Translations under genes and position numbers: made by a program
The notes under the pieces: generated by a model
What the model was told of the DNA's origin: nothing
The model's input: only the letters and a program-made list of their open reading frames with translations
The model's database searches: none
Source of the DNA: Anaerolineae bacterium
GTDB taxonomy: Bacteria > Chloroflexota > Anaerolineae > CG2-30-64-16
Assembly (NCBI GenBank): GCA_040766655.1
Contig: JAXGQB010000006.1
Span: forward strand, 149,562-213,561
Reading direction: 5' to 3'
Length of the DNA: 64,000 nucleotides
Part shown: positions 1 to 9,437 of the stretch, piece by piece
Layout of the letters: each line of letters opens with the position of its first letter
Position numbering within the stretch: position 1 is the stretch's first letter

Positions 1-3000
1 GCACGGGCATCGGCACCTTCTCCGATCGCCTGCGCGATGCCGTGCGCGGCCTCGGGCCGTTCGACAGCGGCGCGGATCTGCTGACCAAGCAGGGCTTCGC
101 CAACGGCATGTACTACGACAGCAAGGCCACCGTGCCCGGCACGCCGGCCGAGCAGAAGGCAACGCTGTTGCTGCAGACCGACCAGGTGCGCGCGGGCATG
201 GCGGGCAACCTCGCAAGCTACCTGTTTGTAGACCGTAACGGCGACCTGGTGAAGGGCTCGGAGGTGGACTACAACGGCCAGCCCGCAGGGTACACCGCAG
301 ACCCGCAGGAGAACATCTCCTACATCGACAAGCACGACAACCAGACGCTCTATGACATCAACGTCTACGCGCTGCCCGCAGCGACCAGCATGGCCGACCG
401 CGTCCGCGCGGAGGCCGTGGGCCGCAGCACGGTGCTGCTCGGTCAGGGCGTGCCCTTCGTCCATGCCGGCGGCGACCTGCTCCGCTCGAAGTCGCTCGAT
501 CGCGACAGCTACAACTCGGGCGACTGGTTCAACCGGATCGACTGGACCTACCAGGCCAACAACTACGGCGTGGGTCTGCCGCCCGCGTCCGCGAACTCGG
601 TGTCGTGGGACGTGATGCGGCCACTCCTGGCCAACCCGGCCCTCGTGCCGGCGCCTGCTGACATCCAGCTCTCCTCCGCCCTGTACCGCGAGCTGCTGCA
701 GATCCGCTACAGCTCGCCGCTGTTCCGCCTGCCCACGGCCCAGGCGATCCAGCAGAGGCTGGCGTATCTCAATACAGGCCCCGACCAACTGCCCGGCCTG
801 ATCGTGATGCAGCTCTCCGACCGGCTCGCCCCGGACATCGACCCGAATCACGAGTTGATCGTCGTCCTCATCAATGCCAACGACGAGGCGCAGGCCTTCG
901 CCGGGGCGGATCAGCTGGCTGGGCGGCGCTTGGCGCTGCACCCCGTCCAGGCAAACGGCGTCGATCCCATCGTCAAGACCGCGACTTTCGACCCGAAGAG
1001 CGGCAAATTTACCGTCCCGGCGCGCACGACCGCCGTGTTCGTGGAGGCGCAGCTCGGGGAAGACGCCCTGGTGGCCTTCCCCGGCTCCTACGTCAGCGAG
1101 ATCGGCGGGCAGGACTGGGCGCCCGGGGACGTGACCACGAAGGCGGCCGACGCGAACGGCGACGATGTCTGGACCTTCACCACCACGGCCATCCCGGCCG
1201 GAACCTACGAGTTCAAGGCCACGGTCGGCGGTTCGTGGGACGAGAACTACGGCGTGGGCGGCGTGCCCGATGGCGCGAACGTCAGTTTGACCGCAGGGGG
1301 CGGCGGCGCGGCGGTCACGTTCTACTACGATCGCAGCGACAACTACGTGCTGAGCCGGCCCGATGGCCTCCTGCCCGTCGTCGCGGGCAACTTCGGCGAC
1401 GAGATCGGCGGCGCGGACTGGGCGCCCAGCAACCTCACGACCTGGATGAAGGATCCGGACGGGGACGGCATCTACACTTTCGCCACCGGTGCAATCCCCG
1501 GCGGCAGCTACGAGTTCAAGGTCGCGCTCAACGAGGGGTGGGATGAGGCGTACCCCGGTAGCAACGTGCCGCTCGAAGTGCCTGCAGGCGGCGCGAACGT
1601 CGCCATCACCTTTGACGCGGCCACCAAGGAGGTCGCGGCGGAGGTCACGCCGTTCACCGAGGAGCCGCCGCCCCCCGTCGGCCCCGTGGTGACGTTCCCC
1701 GGCAACTGGCCGGCAGCAGCAGGCCTCGGCGCGGATTGGGCGCCGGACAACCTGCTGACACAGGGCACGGACGATAACAAGGATGGCGTCTACAAGTTCG
1801 TCACCGACAAGATCCCGGCCGGGACGTACGAGTTCAAGGTCACGATCGACAAGTCGTGGGACGAGAACTACGGCGTCGGCGGCCAGCCTGGCGGCGCCAA
1901 TGTGCCTTTCACCGTCGCGGCCAGCGGCGGCACGGTGCACTTCTACTACGATCGCGGCGGCGGCGACAACTGGGTGGCTTCCCGCCCGGACAGCCGCATC
2001 GTCGTCCTCGTGGGCGACCTGATGGACGAGGCCGGCGGCGCAGACTGGTCGCCCGACAACCTCAAGGGGTGGATGAAGGACGCGGACGGCAACGGGGTCT
2101 GTGAGATCACGCTGGTCCTGCCTGCGGGCAGCTACCAGTACAAGGTGGCCGTCAACGAAAGCTGGGACGAGAACTACGGCAAGGACGGCGCGCCCGGCGG
2201 CGACAACATCGCCCTGGTCGTCCCGGAGGGCGGCGCCGCGGTCACCTTCACCTTCAACGACACGACGAAACAGATCCGCGACAGCATCAACAACCCGCCC
2301 AACCCAGGTCTGGACGGCGACGTGTGGTGGGATGGCCTTGGACACGATTCGCGCGATTCGCTCTACCGCACGCCCTGGGGCGCGGTGACGCAGGGGACGC
2401 AGGTTCGCCTCCGCTTCCGCACCTACGCGGGCGACGTGGAAGGCGTGGGCGTGCGCGTGGTGGATTCGATCAACGGCGGAGCGACGACCTACACCATGAC
2501 GAAGGTCGCCACCGTACCCGCGGCGCCGTTCTCCTATGACTTCTGGGAGGTGACGGTGGGCGCGCCGCCCGCCCGCCGGGAGGTGCAGCTCTACACCTTC
2601 GGCGCAGTGGACGGCGACAAGATCGTCTACTACGGCGATGATGCGGCTGCGGACGGCGGCTGGGGCGCGGCCTCGGCCACCCCGCCGGCCAACCCCTACA
2701 ACATATACGTGTATGATGCGGGCTACACAACGCCCGACTGGGCGCGGAACGCGACCATCTACCAGATCTTCCCCGACCGCTTCCGCAACGGGGATGCGAC
2801 CAACGACTCGACCGCGGCCGACTGGTTCTATCCGGCCGAGCGGGGCCACGCCTGGCCCATCGTGCCGTGGAACACCATCGTGCCCGATCCGGAGCCATAC
2901 GATCCCTCCAACGCCTGGTGGAACACGTACAGCTCCACCTTCTACGGCGGCGACCTGCGGGGCGTGATCGACAAGCTCGACTATCTGCAGTCGTTCGGCG

Positions 3001-6000
3001 TCAACACGCTCTACTTCAATCCCATCTTCGACTCGCCGTCGAACCATCGCTACGACGGCCGCGACTACATGACCATCGCGCCGTCGCTGGGCGACCTGGC
3101 GCTCTTCCGGGAGCTGGACGCGGCCACCGAGGCGCGCGGCATGAAGATCGTCCTCGACCTCGTGCCCAACCACGTCTCCTCGGACAGCATCTACTTTGAC
3201 CGGTTCGGGCGCCATCCCGAGGTGGGTGCGTGCGAGTCGGTGGACAGCCCGTATCGCTCGTGGTTCTACTTCAAGCCGGCCAGCCCGGCAGGTTCCGGCG
3301 TCTGCGCGGGCGACACGACCTACGAGGCCTGGTTCGGCGTGGTGACGCTGCCCAAGGTGAACACGACCGACAACGACGCAGTGCGCGAGTTCTGGCTGCG
3401 GGACGCGGACGCGGTCGTCAAGTACTGGCTGGCCCAGGGCGCGGACGGCTACCGGGTGGATGTGGCGAACGAGATCGCACCCTCCTTCTTCGAGGAGTGG
3501 CGGCCCATCCTCCGTGCGGCGGATCCCGAGGTGCAGACGTACTCCGAAACGTGGGGCGAGAGCGACGTGCGGCCCATGGTGTTGGGCGACAAGTTCGACT
3601 CCACGATGAACTACCGCTTCGCCACCGCGCTGCTGTCGTTCCTGCGTGACACGCCCTTCTCCGACGGCGACGGCAACCTGGGCCTGACCCCGCTCAAGCC
3701 GAGCGAGTTCGAGGCCGCGCTGCGTGCGATCCAGGAGGATTATCCGGAGCCAGCGTGGGCCACCGCGATGAACCTGCTGGACAGCCACGATACGAATCGT
3801 GCTGTCATCAAGCTGGACCACGACGGCATCGCGGGCACGGGCGCGGACCGCGTCCCGGTCAACGGCTTCACCGACGGCAAGACCCGGCTCAAGACAGTGG
3901 CACTGCTCCAGTTCACCCTGCCCGGCGCGCCGACCGTGTACTACGGCGACGAGGTGGGCCTGGCGGGCTTCGGCTCAGACGTACCGCGCGACGACCCGTA
4001 CAACCGCCAACCCTACCCCTGGGCCGACGCGGCGGGTTACGGTGCGCTACCCGAGTGGCGCAAGGCGGACGCGGGGCTGCTCGCCGTGTATCAGCAGCTG
4101 GGCACGATGCGCAGCCAGTACAGCTTCCTGCGCACGGGTTCCTTCGATACGCTTCTGACGGACGACGTGGCGAACGTGCTGGCCTACGGCCGCCAGAACG
4201 AGGACGGCGTCGCGGTGGTCATCGTCAACAGGAACAAGACCAGCCAGGTCGTGACCGTGCCCGTGGACGGCTACCTGCCCAACGGGCTGGAACTGACCAA
4301 CGCCCTCGGCAGCCTGTCCGCCACCGTCACCGACGGCGCCATCTCCCTGCCAGTCAACGGCCTGTGGGGCGCGGTGCTGATCCACGAGGGGGCGATCGTC
4401 CCGCCGGCCGCGCCGGAGAAGCTGACCGCGCGCGAGGACACGAGCGCGGTGCACCTGAACTGGCAGAAGGTGAAGGACGCGACCGCGTATCGCATCTACC
4501 GATCCTATCTCTCCGGCGGCGGCTATGGGCTGATCGCGGAGACGACGGACACCAGGTACACCGACGAGACGGTCACCAACGGAATGATGTTCTACTACAT
4601 CGTCCGGGCGGTCCGTGATGGCCTCCAGGGGCCGGCATCCAACGAGGCCAGCGCGATCCCGCACTGGCGCATCAGCGGCCTGCTCATCCAGTGGCCGCCG
4701 GAGATCGTGCACACCCTGGCTGCGGGGCAGCCCACCGAGTCGATCTACGGCCGCGTGCGCGTGAAGTACGAGACCGAGAAGACTGGCGCCATCGAGGGGA
4801 TCATCATGCAGGTGGGCTACGGCCCGGCGCGCTCGCAGCCGGCGACGTGGACCACGTGGCAGCCGATGACGTTCAACAAGGACTACTCCGCGGAGACGGA
4901 GGCCGTCCTGCTGAGGGAGTTCGAGGAATGGATGGGCGCGCTCTATCCGGACACGGCCGGGGAGTTCACCTACCTCGTTCGCGCCAGCGCGACGGCCGGC
5001 CGAGAATGGGTGTACGCCGGCCTGCGCGCCGGGACCAACCGCGGCGGCACGCTGACCGTGCTGCCGTCGCCTGACACGACGCCGCCCGCCGCGCCGACCA
5101 ATCTGCGGGTCACGGGGACCGCTCCCGACAGCATCTCGCTGGCGTGGGATGCGAACAGTGAGCCGGACATCTACGGATACGAGGTCCACAGCAGGCGCCT
5201 CTGCGGGGTTCCCTTCGGGAGCTGGCGCCAGGTGGCCTTCGTGACCGTGGGCACGGCGTATGTGGATCGAGAGGTGATGTCCGACTGCAACTACGAATAC
5301 TACGTCGTGGCCGTCGACACGGGCTACAACCGCTCGCTGCCTTCGAACGGTGTCGAGGCGGTCGCGGAATCGCGCATGGTCAACGTCATCTTCAACGTGA
5401 CCGTGCCCGGCGCCACACCGGCGGACGACATCGTCTACCTGGTGGGCGACCAGGCGGTGCTCGGGCCGTGGAACCCGAGCCTGTTCCCCATGACGAAGGT
5501 GGGCGACAACGCCTGGACCGCGTCGCTCGACCTGCTGGACGGCACGGAGCTGCAGTACAAGTACACGCGTGGCAGCTGGGACACCGTCGAGTGGTGGGAC
5601 ACGATCGTCGACGTGGCAAATCGCGAGCTGACCGTGATGTCGGACGCCGATGGGGAGCAGGTCGTGAATGACGACGTGCCGCTGTGGCGCGATCCGCTGC
5701 CGGTCAGCTCCGTGCCCGCGCCGAATGCCACGGGCGTCAGTCGCACCGCACCGATCACGGTCGTCTTCACCCGGCCGCTCAAGGCGGACGCCCTGACCCC
5801 GGACACGGTGCACCTCCGTGCGGGCGGCCAGGCCGTTGCGGGCGCGATCGCGTTCGACGACGCCACGTCGACGCTCAGCTTCACGCCGGAAGGCCCGCTG
5901 GCAGCCAACACTGCCCACACCTTCACCGTCGAGGCCGGCGTCAGCAGCGACGCGAACGCTCCGCTGCAAAGCGCAGCGGTCATCCCGTTCACGACGGGAG

Positions 6001-6005
6001 AATAG
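1..6005 (+). CDS. Giant multidomain amylopullulanase-like glycoside hydrolase (5' end off-window). Contains the tail of a pullulanase-type GH13 module, 4 carbohydrate-binding-like repeats, a second complete GH13 amylase/neopullulanase-type module, 2 FN3 domains, a CBM20-like domain and an SbsA-type Ig domain
   Basis: Frame 3 is open from nt 3 (TGIGTFSDRLRDAVRG), so the track start at 42 is internal. YIDKHDNQTLYD (~nt 320) matches pullulanase GH13 region IV. The second module shows all four GH13 regions: VLDLVPNHVS (~3150), DGYRVDVANEI (~3440), YSETWGE (~3540), LLDSHDTNR (~3775). FN3-like segments lie at ~4410-4660 and ~5085-5360, and a starch-binding-like LVGDQAVLGPWNP...YKYTRGSWDTVEW at ~5375-5690. 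GC3 is high throughout. Confidence 0.9.
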   Translation, partial: TGIGTFSDRLRDAVRGLGPFDSGADLLTKQGFANGMYYDSKATVPGTPAEQKATLLLQTDQVRAGMAGNLASYLFVDRNGDLVKGSEVDYNGQPAGYTADPQENISYIDKHDNQTLYDINVYALPAATSMADRVRAEAVGRSTVLLGQGVPFVHAGGDLLRSKSLDRDSYNSGDWFNRIDWTYQANNYGVGLPPASANSVSWDVMRPLLANPALVPAPADIQLSSALYRELLQIRYSSPLFRLPTAQAIQQRLAYLNTGPDQLPGLIVMQLSDRLAPDIDPNHELIVVLINANDEAQAFAGADQLAGRRLALHPVQANGVDPIVKTATFDPKSGKFTVPARTTAVFVEAQLGEDALVAFPGSYVSEIGGQDWAPGDVTTKAADANGDDVWTFTTTAIPAGTYEFKATVGGSWDENYGVGGVPDGANVSLTAGGGGAAVTFYYDRSDNYVLSRPDGLLPVVAGNFGDEIGGADWAPSNLTTWMKDPDGDGIYTFATGAIPGGSYEFKVALNEGWDEAYPGSNVPLEVPAGGANVAITFDAATKEVAAEVTPFTEEPPPPVGPVVTFPGNWPAAAGLGADWAPDNLLTQGTDDNKDGVYKFVTDKIPAGTYEFKVTIDKSWDENYGVGGQPGGANVPFTVAASGGTVHFYYDRGGGDNWVASRPDSRIVVLVGDLMDEAGGADWSPDNLKGWMKDADGNGVCEITLVLPAGSYQYKVAVNESWDENYGKDGAPGGDNIALVVPEGGAAVTFTFNDTTKQIRDSINNPPNPGLDGDVWWDGLGHDSRDSLYRTPWGAVTQGTQVRLRFRTYAGDVEGVGVRVVDSINGGATTYTMTKVATVPAAPFSYDFWEVTVGAPPARREVQLYTFGAVDGDKIVYYGDDAAADGGWGAASATPPANPYNIYVYDAGYTTPDWARNATIYQIFPDRFRNGDATNDSTAADWFYPAERGHAWPIVPWNTIVPDPEPYDPSNAWWNTYSSTFYGGDLRGVIDKLDYLQSFGVNTLYFNPIFDSPSNHRYDGRDYMTIAPSLGDLALFRELDAATEARGMKIVLDLVPNHVSSDSIYFDRFGRHPEVGACESVDSPYRSWFYFKPASPAGSGVCAGDTTYEAWFGVVTLPKVNTTDNDAVREFWLRDADAVVKYWLAQGADGYRVDVANEIAPSFFEEWRPILRAADPEVQTYSETWGESDVRPMVLGDKFDSTMNYRFATALLSFLRDTPFSDGDGNLGLTPLKPSEFEAALRAIQEDYPEPAWATAMNLLDSHDTNRAVIKLDHDGIAGTGADRVPVNGFTDGKTRLKTVALLQFTLPGAPTVYYGDEVGLAGFGSDVPRDDPYNRQPYPWADAAGYGALPEWRKADAGLLAVYQQLGTMRSQYSFLRTGSFDTLLTDDVANVLAYGRQNEDGVAVVIVNRNKTSQVVTVPVDGYLPNGLELTNALGSLSATVTDGAISLPVNGLWGAVLIHEGAIVPPAAPEKLTAREDTSAVHLNWQKVKDATAYRIYRSYLSGGGYGLIAETTDTRYTDETVTNGMMFYYIVRAVRDGLQGPASNEASAIPHWRISGLLIQWPPEIVHTLAAGQPTESIYGRVRVKYETEKTGAIEGIIMQVGYGPARSQPATWTTWQPMTFNKDYSAETEAVLLREFEEWMGALYPDTAGEFTYLVRASATAGREWVYAGLRAGTNRGGTLTVLPSPDTTPPAAPTNLRVTGTAPDSISLAWDANSEPDIYGYEVHSRRLCGVPFGSWRQVAFVTVGTAYVDREVMSDCNYEYYVVAVDTGYNRSLPSNGVEAVAESRMVNVIFNVTVPGATPADDIVYLVGDQAVLGPWNPSLFPMTKVGDNAWTASLDLLDGTELQYKYTRGSWDTVEWWDTIVDVANRELTVMSDADGEQVVNDDVPLWRDPLPVSSVPAPNATGVSRTAPITVVFTRPLKADALTPDTVHLRAGGQAVAGAIAFDDATSTLSFTPEGPLAANTAHTFTVEAGVSSDANAPLQSAAVIPFTTGE
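1071..2290 (+). repeat. Four tandem ~95-100-aa intragenic domain repeats (A-B-A-B pattern) inside the amylopullulanase
   Basis: A motif recurs four times: GG(A/Q)DW(A/S)P..NL...D..(D/N)G(V/I)Y.F....IP(A/G)G(T/S)YE(F/Y)K(V/A)....(S/G)WDE(N/A)Y. Boundaries are approximate. Confidence 0.8.
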
Positions 6006-6008
6006 CCC

Positions 6009-6080
6009 TTCGGGCGGCAAGCGCCGCCCGAATCAACAACAGTCGCCGGGGCGTCCGACAGGGCGCCCCGGCCCTTTCTC
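6009..6080 (+). terminator. Two tandem GC-rich hairpins downstream of the amylopullulanase stop
   Basis: Hairpin 1: ttcgggcggc(6009-6018)/gccgcccgaa(6023-6032). Hairpin 2: gccggggcg(6045-6053)/cgccccggc(6064-6072), followed by cctttctc. Confidence 0.55.
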
Positions 6081-6205
6081 GAGCTTCCTCCGAGAAACCC
6101 TTCCGCCGTCCAACTCGTATTGCACAATGTCAGCCATCTGTCGGCTTAACCACCGCGCAGGTGCGCGTCTGTATGGTACAATGGCCCTACGTGGGAGGTG
6201 AATCA

Positions 6206-8194
6206 ATGAAGGGACGCACCCATTTGGCTGGCTCGCGTCTGGCCCTGATCTGGCTGCTCATCATCCTCTTGTTGGCCGTGGCGCCCGTTGCGCTGGCCCA
6301 GGACAAGACGCTCTACTGGCAGCGTTACGATGTCGATATTGCCGTCATGCAGAGCGGCGATTTCCGCGTCACCGAGACGCAGGAACTGGTGTTCACCAGC
6401 GGCACGTTCCGCTTCGGGCAGCGCGAGATCCTGGTCAATCGCTTTAGCGATATCAGGGACATCACGGTGTCGGAGGAGGGCGGCCCGGAGTACCAGTACT
6501 CCGAATCGGACGCGCCCTACACCTACCGCTACTATCAAGACGGCTCGTACGTCAAGGTCCGTTACAACTTTCCCCCCTCCACCGATACGCGACGCACGAT
6601 CGTCATCGACTACACAATCGTGGGCGGCTTGCGCTACTATCCTGACGACGGCGTCGATCAGCTCTTCTGGAAGGCCATCCCTTCGGGTAACCCGTTCCCG
6701 ACCCAGTCGTCGACCATCACGGTGCGCGCGCCCGAGGGGGCAACCTTCACGAACTACGGGATCTACGGCGCGGAGGGCCAGGCGACCTTCGAGTCCGGGC
6801 AGAGCGTGGCATCCATCGTGATAGATGGGCGGGTCGCAGCCGGGCAGGAAGTTGAGGTCGTTGCCGAGTGGCCGCACGGCATCGTGGCGGGCGCGCCGCA
6901 GCCGTGGCAGGCGGAGCTGGACCAGGCGGCCGCAGAGCAAGCCGAGCGCGAGGCATTCCGCAGCCAATGGGGACCGGTCTTCGATCTCGGGTTCCTGGCC
7001 CTGGCGGGGCTCCTGGCTATCGGCGGCCCCGTGCTGCTGTACCTGTGGTGGTATCGCAAGGGGCGCGATGTACCGGTCGGCCTGATTGCCGACTACCTGC
7101 CGGACCCGCCGTCCGACCTGCCTGCGGGGATGGTCGGGACGCTGATCGATGAGCGCGCGGACCTGCAGGACGTCATTGCAACCCTGCTCGACCTTGCCAG
7201 GCGCGGCGTGTTGGAGATCGAGGAAACGCAGGAGCCCGGCTTCCTCGGCATCGGCACCAAGACCGATTTCACCTATCGCCTGAAGTCGCAAGACGTCGAG
7301 CTGCGGCCCTATGAGACGCTGTTCATCAAGGAGTTCTTCGGCCGCAAGACCGAGGTGGAGCTTTCCGACCTTCAGAACAAGTTCTACAGCGCCCTGCCCG
7401 CGCTCCGCACGGCGTTGTACAAGGAAGTGGTCGACGAGAAGTTCTTCACGGGCAACCCTGACACGGTGCGCTCGCAGTATGGCTGCCTGGGCATGGTGGT
7501 GCTGGCCGCGGCGTTCGGCGGCGGTCTCTTCCTGAGCGCGGTGCTCAGTGAGCTCTCCCAGTTCGCGTTCTGCCTGCCCATCAGCCTGGGCATCACCGGC
7601 GTGGGCGCGGTCCTGGTGGCCCGTTATATGCCCAAGCGCACGGCCACCGGTGCGGAGGCGTTCGCGCGCTGGAACGCGTTCAAGCGCTACCTGCAGAACA
7701 TCGAGAAGTACACCAACGTCGAGGAGGCCAGCGCCATCTTCGGCGAGTACCTGCCTTACGCGGTGGCATTCGGTCTCGAGAAGAGTTGGATCGAGAAGTT
7801 CCGGAAGGTCGATGCGCCTCCGCCGACCTGGTGGATCCCCTGGGGCTATCCGCGGCCGTATTACGGCGGCGGGTCCTACACGAGCGGCGGCCCGACCGGC
7901 GCGGGCATCCCGACCAGCATGCCGGGTGGCGGCGGCTTCCCCAGCGAGGGCGGCGGCTCGCGGCCCACGCTGAGCGATATGTCGCGCGGCATGGGCCAGT
8001 CGCTGGCGGGCATGAGCGCGGGGTTGGGCACGATGCTGTCACAGGCCTCGCGGACCTTGACCAGTGCGCCCTCTCAGAGCGGCAAGGGCTGGTCGGGCGG
8101 TGGCGGTGGTGGCGGCTTCTCGGGCGGTGGTTTCTCGGGCGGCGGCGGATTTTCCGGCGGCGGCGGTGGCGGCGGCGGAAGCAGCTTCGGATAA
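6206..8194 (+). CDS. DUF2207-family membrane protein with Gly-rich C-terminal tail
   Basis: ATG at 6206 lies after GGGAGGTG. Signal/TM segment is LIWLLIILLLAVAPVALA. The YWQRYDVDIAVMQSGDFRVTETQELVF N-terminus is typical of DUF2207. Central TM helices are present, and the tail is GGGGGGFSGGGFSGGGGFSGGGG. The track ORF start at 5684 overlaps the upstream gene and was rejected. Confidence 0.8.
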   Translation: MKGRTHLAGSRLALIWLLIILLLAVAPVALAQDKTLYWQRYDVDIAVMQSGDFRVTETQELVFTSGTFRFGQREILVNRFSDIRDITVSEEGGPEYQYSESDAPYTYRYYQDGSYVKVRYNFPPSTDTRRTIVIDYTIVGGLRYYPDDGVDQLFWKAIPSGNPFPTQSSTITVRAPEGATFTNYGIYGAEGQATFESGQSVASIVIDGRVAAGQEVEVVAEWPHGIVAGAPQPWQAELDQAAAEQAEREAFRSQWGPVFDLGFLALAGLLAIGGPVLLYLWWYRKGRDVPVGLIADYLPDPPSDLPAGMVGTLIDERADLQDVIATLLDLARRGVLEIEETQEPGFLGIGTKTDFTYRLKSQDVELRPYETLFIKEFFGRKTEVELSDLQNKFYSALPALRTALYKEVVDEKFFTGNPDTVRSQYGCLGMVVLAAAFGGGLFLSAVLSELSQFAFCLPISLGITGVGAVLVARYMPKRTATGAEAFARWNAFKRYLQNIEKYTNVEEASAIFGEYLPYAVAFGLEKSWIEKFRKVDAPPPTWWIPWGYPRPYYGGGSYTSGGPTGAGIPTSMPGGGGFPSEGGGSRPTLSDMSRGMGQSLAGMSAGLGTMLSQASRTLTSAPSQSGKGWSGGGGGGGFSGGGFSGGGGFSGGGGGGGGSSFG

Positions 8195-8288
8195 CAGACG
8201 GCTCTGCCTCGAGCGTCCTTCGGCTACGCCACTGCGTGGCTCCGCTCAGGATGCTCAAGGCAGGATTGAGGATACAAGGAGGGGTTAC

Positions 8289-8816
8289 ATGCCGGGTCAA
8301 GGTCGGACGATCGGGATCATCCTGATCGCAGTGGCGCTCATCGCGCTGGTTGTGGCGGCGGGGCTTCTCATCGCGCAGGTGACCAGTGGGGAAACAACGG
8401 CCAGCGGCGCGGTTCTGGGCCTGCTCATCGCCCTGGTCGTCTTCGTGCTTCCGCTGGGGGGTGGTGGGTTCTGGCTCCTCACGCGCGGCCGGCAGGAGAG
8501 CGCCGAGTTCGCGGAGCTGGAGAAGCAGAAGAAGATCCTGAACATGGTGTTGGCCCAGGGTAAGGTCACCCTCTCGGATGTGGCCGTCGCACTGAACACC
8601 CCCATCGACAAGGTCGAGGACATGGTGCGCGACCTGGTGGGCAAGAACCTGTTCAGCGGCGCGATCAACTGGGACGGCGGCATTCTCTATTCGAAGCAGG
8701 CCTCCAAGCTGAAGGCCGATCAGAAGTGCCCGAATTGCGGCGGCCAGCTCACCCTGGCCGGCAAGGACATGATCGAGTGCCCGTTCTGCGGCTCGACTGT
8801 GTTTTTGACAAGTTGA
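8289..8816 (+). CDS. Small membrane protein with C-terminal zinc ribbon (possible YdjG-like partner of the SPFH protein)
   Basis: ATG at 8289 lies after CAAGGAGGGG. There are two TM helices (IGIILIAVALIALVVAAGLLI; VLGLLIALVVFVLPLGGGGFWLL). The C-terminus carries CPNCGG...CPFCGS. Confidence 0.7.
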   Translation: MPGQGRTIGIILIAVALIALVVAAGLLIAQVTSGETTASGAVLGLLIALVVFVLPLGGGGFWLLTRGRQESAEFAELEKQKKILNMVLAQGKVTLSDVAVALNTPIDKVEDMVRDLVGKNLFSGAINWDGGILYSKQASKLKADQKCPNCGGQLTLAGKDMIECPFCGSTVFLTS

Positions 8817-8878
8817 AGCCGGCTCGGACATAATCGTCCGGACGGTGTGGCGTGTGATACAACAAGGGAGGGACATGC

Positions 8879-9397
8879 ATGGATCCAGTTCAGAGCGCTA
8901 AGGACGAGATGGGTGGTGTCGAGAGCTTCATCGCGAAGCTGCCGGGCATCAAGGGTTATCGCGAGAAGGAGATCCGCCGGGATGCGGACAAGCAGGTGCG
9001 GGAGAACCTCGCGCGGCGCCTCCAAAGCCGCCGCCGCAAGCTGACGTCCCTGCAGGGCGAGCTGCTCACCTCGGGCGGGATTCTGTGGCTCGACGATGTG
9101 GAGCGCGTTGTCGGCCGGCTGCAGCTGTTCATCGACCGCGTCAAGACTGCGTCATACGGGTACGCGCCGCTCTGGGGCATCGTTCGCGTCAAGGAGGACG
9201 ATCTGGACCGGCTGGTCGCGTTCGATCAGGATCTGTACGGCCAACTGGCGCCCCTGGACGCGGCCATCGGCCAGCTCGAGCAGGCGGTGCAGGGCAACGA
9301 AGGCATCAAGGAAGCGCTTCGCAACATCGGTGACCTGGTTGCAGGTCTGAACGAGACGTTTAACCGCCGCGCGGAAGTGATCCAGAACGCCGAGTGA
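8879..9397 (+). CDS. Hypothetical helical/coiled-coil protein in the SPFH cluster
   Basis: GGGAGGG lies upstream of the ATG. GC3 is high and the gene is co-directional and tightly spaced with its neighbours. No recognisable motif. Confidence 0.6.
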   Translation: MDPVQSAKDEMGGVESFIAKLPGIKGYREKEIRRDADKQVRENLARRLQSRRRKLTSLQGELLTSGGILWLDDVERVVGRLQLFIDRVKTASYGYAPLWGIVRVKEDDLDRLVAFDQDLYGQLAPLDAAIGQLEQAVQGNEGIKEALRNIGDLVAGLNETFNRRAEVIQNAE

Positions 9398-9437
9398 CGG
9401 CGTCCAGCGGTAAGATCTATCACAGGAGGTCATCCTA

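Noticed and set aside
4047-6020. 657-aa minus-strand ORF, plus many 60-290-aa ORFs overlapping the amylopullulanase gene
   Set aside because: They lie antisense or out of frame to a gene with unambiguous GH13/FN3/CBM motifs, and their composition is low-complexity and Arg/Pro-rich.
5684-6205. Long N-terminal extensions of track ORFs (5684 for DUF2207; likewise 8064, 14282, 17985, 18821, 24420-25742, 43958, 45991, 50686, 59486, 61996)
   Set aside because: The extensions overlap upstream genes or intergenic terminators and lack an SD. In every case an internal start with a GGAGG-type SD and a sensible N-terminus (signal peptide, lipobox or family N-terminus) exists.
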